This document shows positions 63,939 through 64,000 of a DNA stretch of 64,000 nucleotides, piece by piece. Numbering within the stretch: position 1 is the first letter of the stretch; each line of letters starts with the position of its first letter. The stretch lies in NCBI GenBank assembly GCA_023249635.1, contig JAHFCH010000003.1, positions 36,617 through 100,616 of the forward strand, read 5' to 3'. Below the pieces are notes generated by a model. The model had not been told where the DNA came from and made no database searches. It worked only from the letters and a program-made list of their open reading frames with translations. The translations under genes were made by a program, and so were the position numbers. The DNA comes from Fibrobacterota bacterium (GTDB lineage Bacteria > Fibrobacterota > Fibrobacteria > UBA11236).

Positions 63939-64000
63939 GGTTTAAAGCCTGAAGCCTCGGCGGCTTCCGGAATCGATAATGGAAAAGGCCCGCTGCCAAG

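Noticed and set aside
1-64000. tRNA, rRNA, integrase, phage or complete IS elements
   Set aside because: No cloverleaf-compatible 70-90-nt intergenic segments, no rRNA-like conserved stretches, and no integrase, DDE transposase or phage structural proteins. Intergenic space is minimal except at 61971..62393, 8868..9200 and 36331..36658.

Overview
This is a gene-dense, high-GC (roughly 60-65% by eye) bacterial chromosomal window with about 60 protein-coding genes. I found no rRNA, tRNA, CRISPR array or intact IS element. Several secreted proteins carry Bacteroidota-type T9SS C-terminal sorting domains. There is also a TIGR02147-like 'Fibrobacter paralogous family' protein, a DUF1800/DUF1501 pair and a DUF3857/transglutaminase pair. 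Together these point to a high-GC member of the FCB superphylum (Rhodothermaeota-, Gemmatimonadota- or Fibrobacterota-like); this is an inference.

Main gene content:
- Housekeeping: hemF, lgt, rlmN, rnhA, yhhQ, rluE-like, an aminotransferase, a NUDIX hydrolase, a PduO-type adenosyltransferase and a C-N hydrolase.
- A 12.5-kb minus-strand run (12827..25299) of secreted carbohydrate-active or redox proteins. It includes DUF1080 paralogs, a GH16-like protein, a PKD/beta-propeller/di-heme peroxidase-like protein, an LVIVD propeller protein and a PL7-like protein. Several of these carry T9SS sorting domains.
- A compact type III polyketide synthase operon (PKS, small membrane protein, UbiG-like SAM methyltransferase).
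- An EPS/LPS-type locus (GT4 glycosyltransferase, MOP flippase, WbaP-like transferase).
- Several two-component proteins.

Most noteworthy observations:
1. Two unrelated intergenic elements share one architecture: long hairpins whose arms are tandem heptamer repeats (34342..34430 and 57760..57870).
2. A PAS-PAS-HisKA-HATPase-REC hybrid kinase appears pseudogenised by an in-frame TAA and a 2-nt loss in an (AT)n tract. A third disruption is possible.
3. A histidine kinase and a LuxR-type regulator share a GATAGCTAT(C) promoter motif and look like partners.
4. The type III PKS operon.
5. Several pairs of genes whose stop and start codons overlap (ATGA, TAATG, GTGA). One of these implies a GTG start for rluE.
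6. Histone-H1-like Lys/Pro/Ala-rich tails on two metabolic enzymes.

All domain calls are made by eye from the translations, with no database search. Coordinates follow the supplied ORF track.
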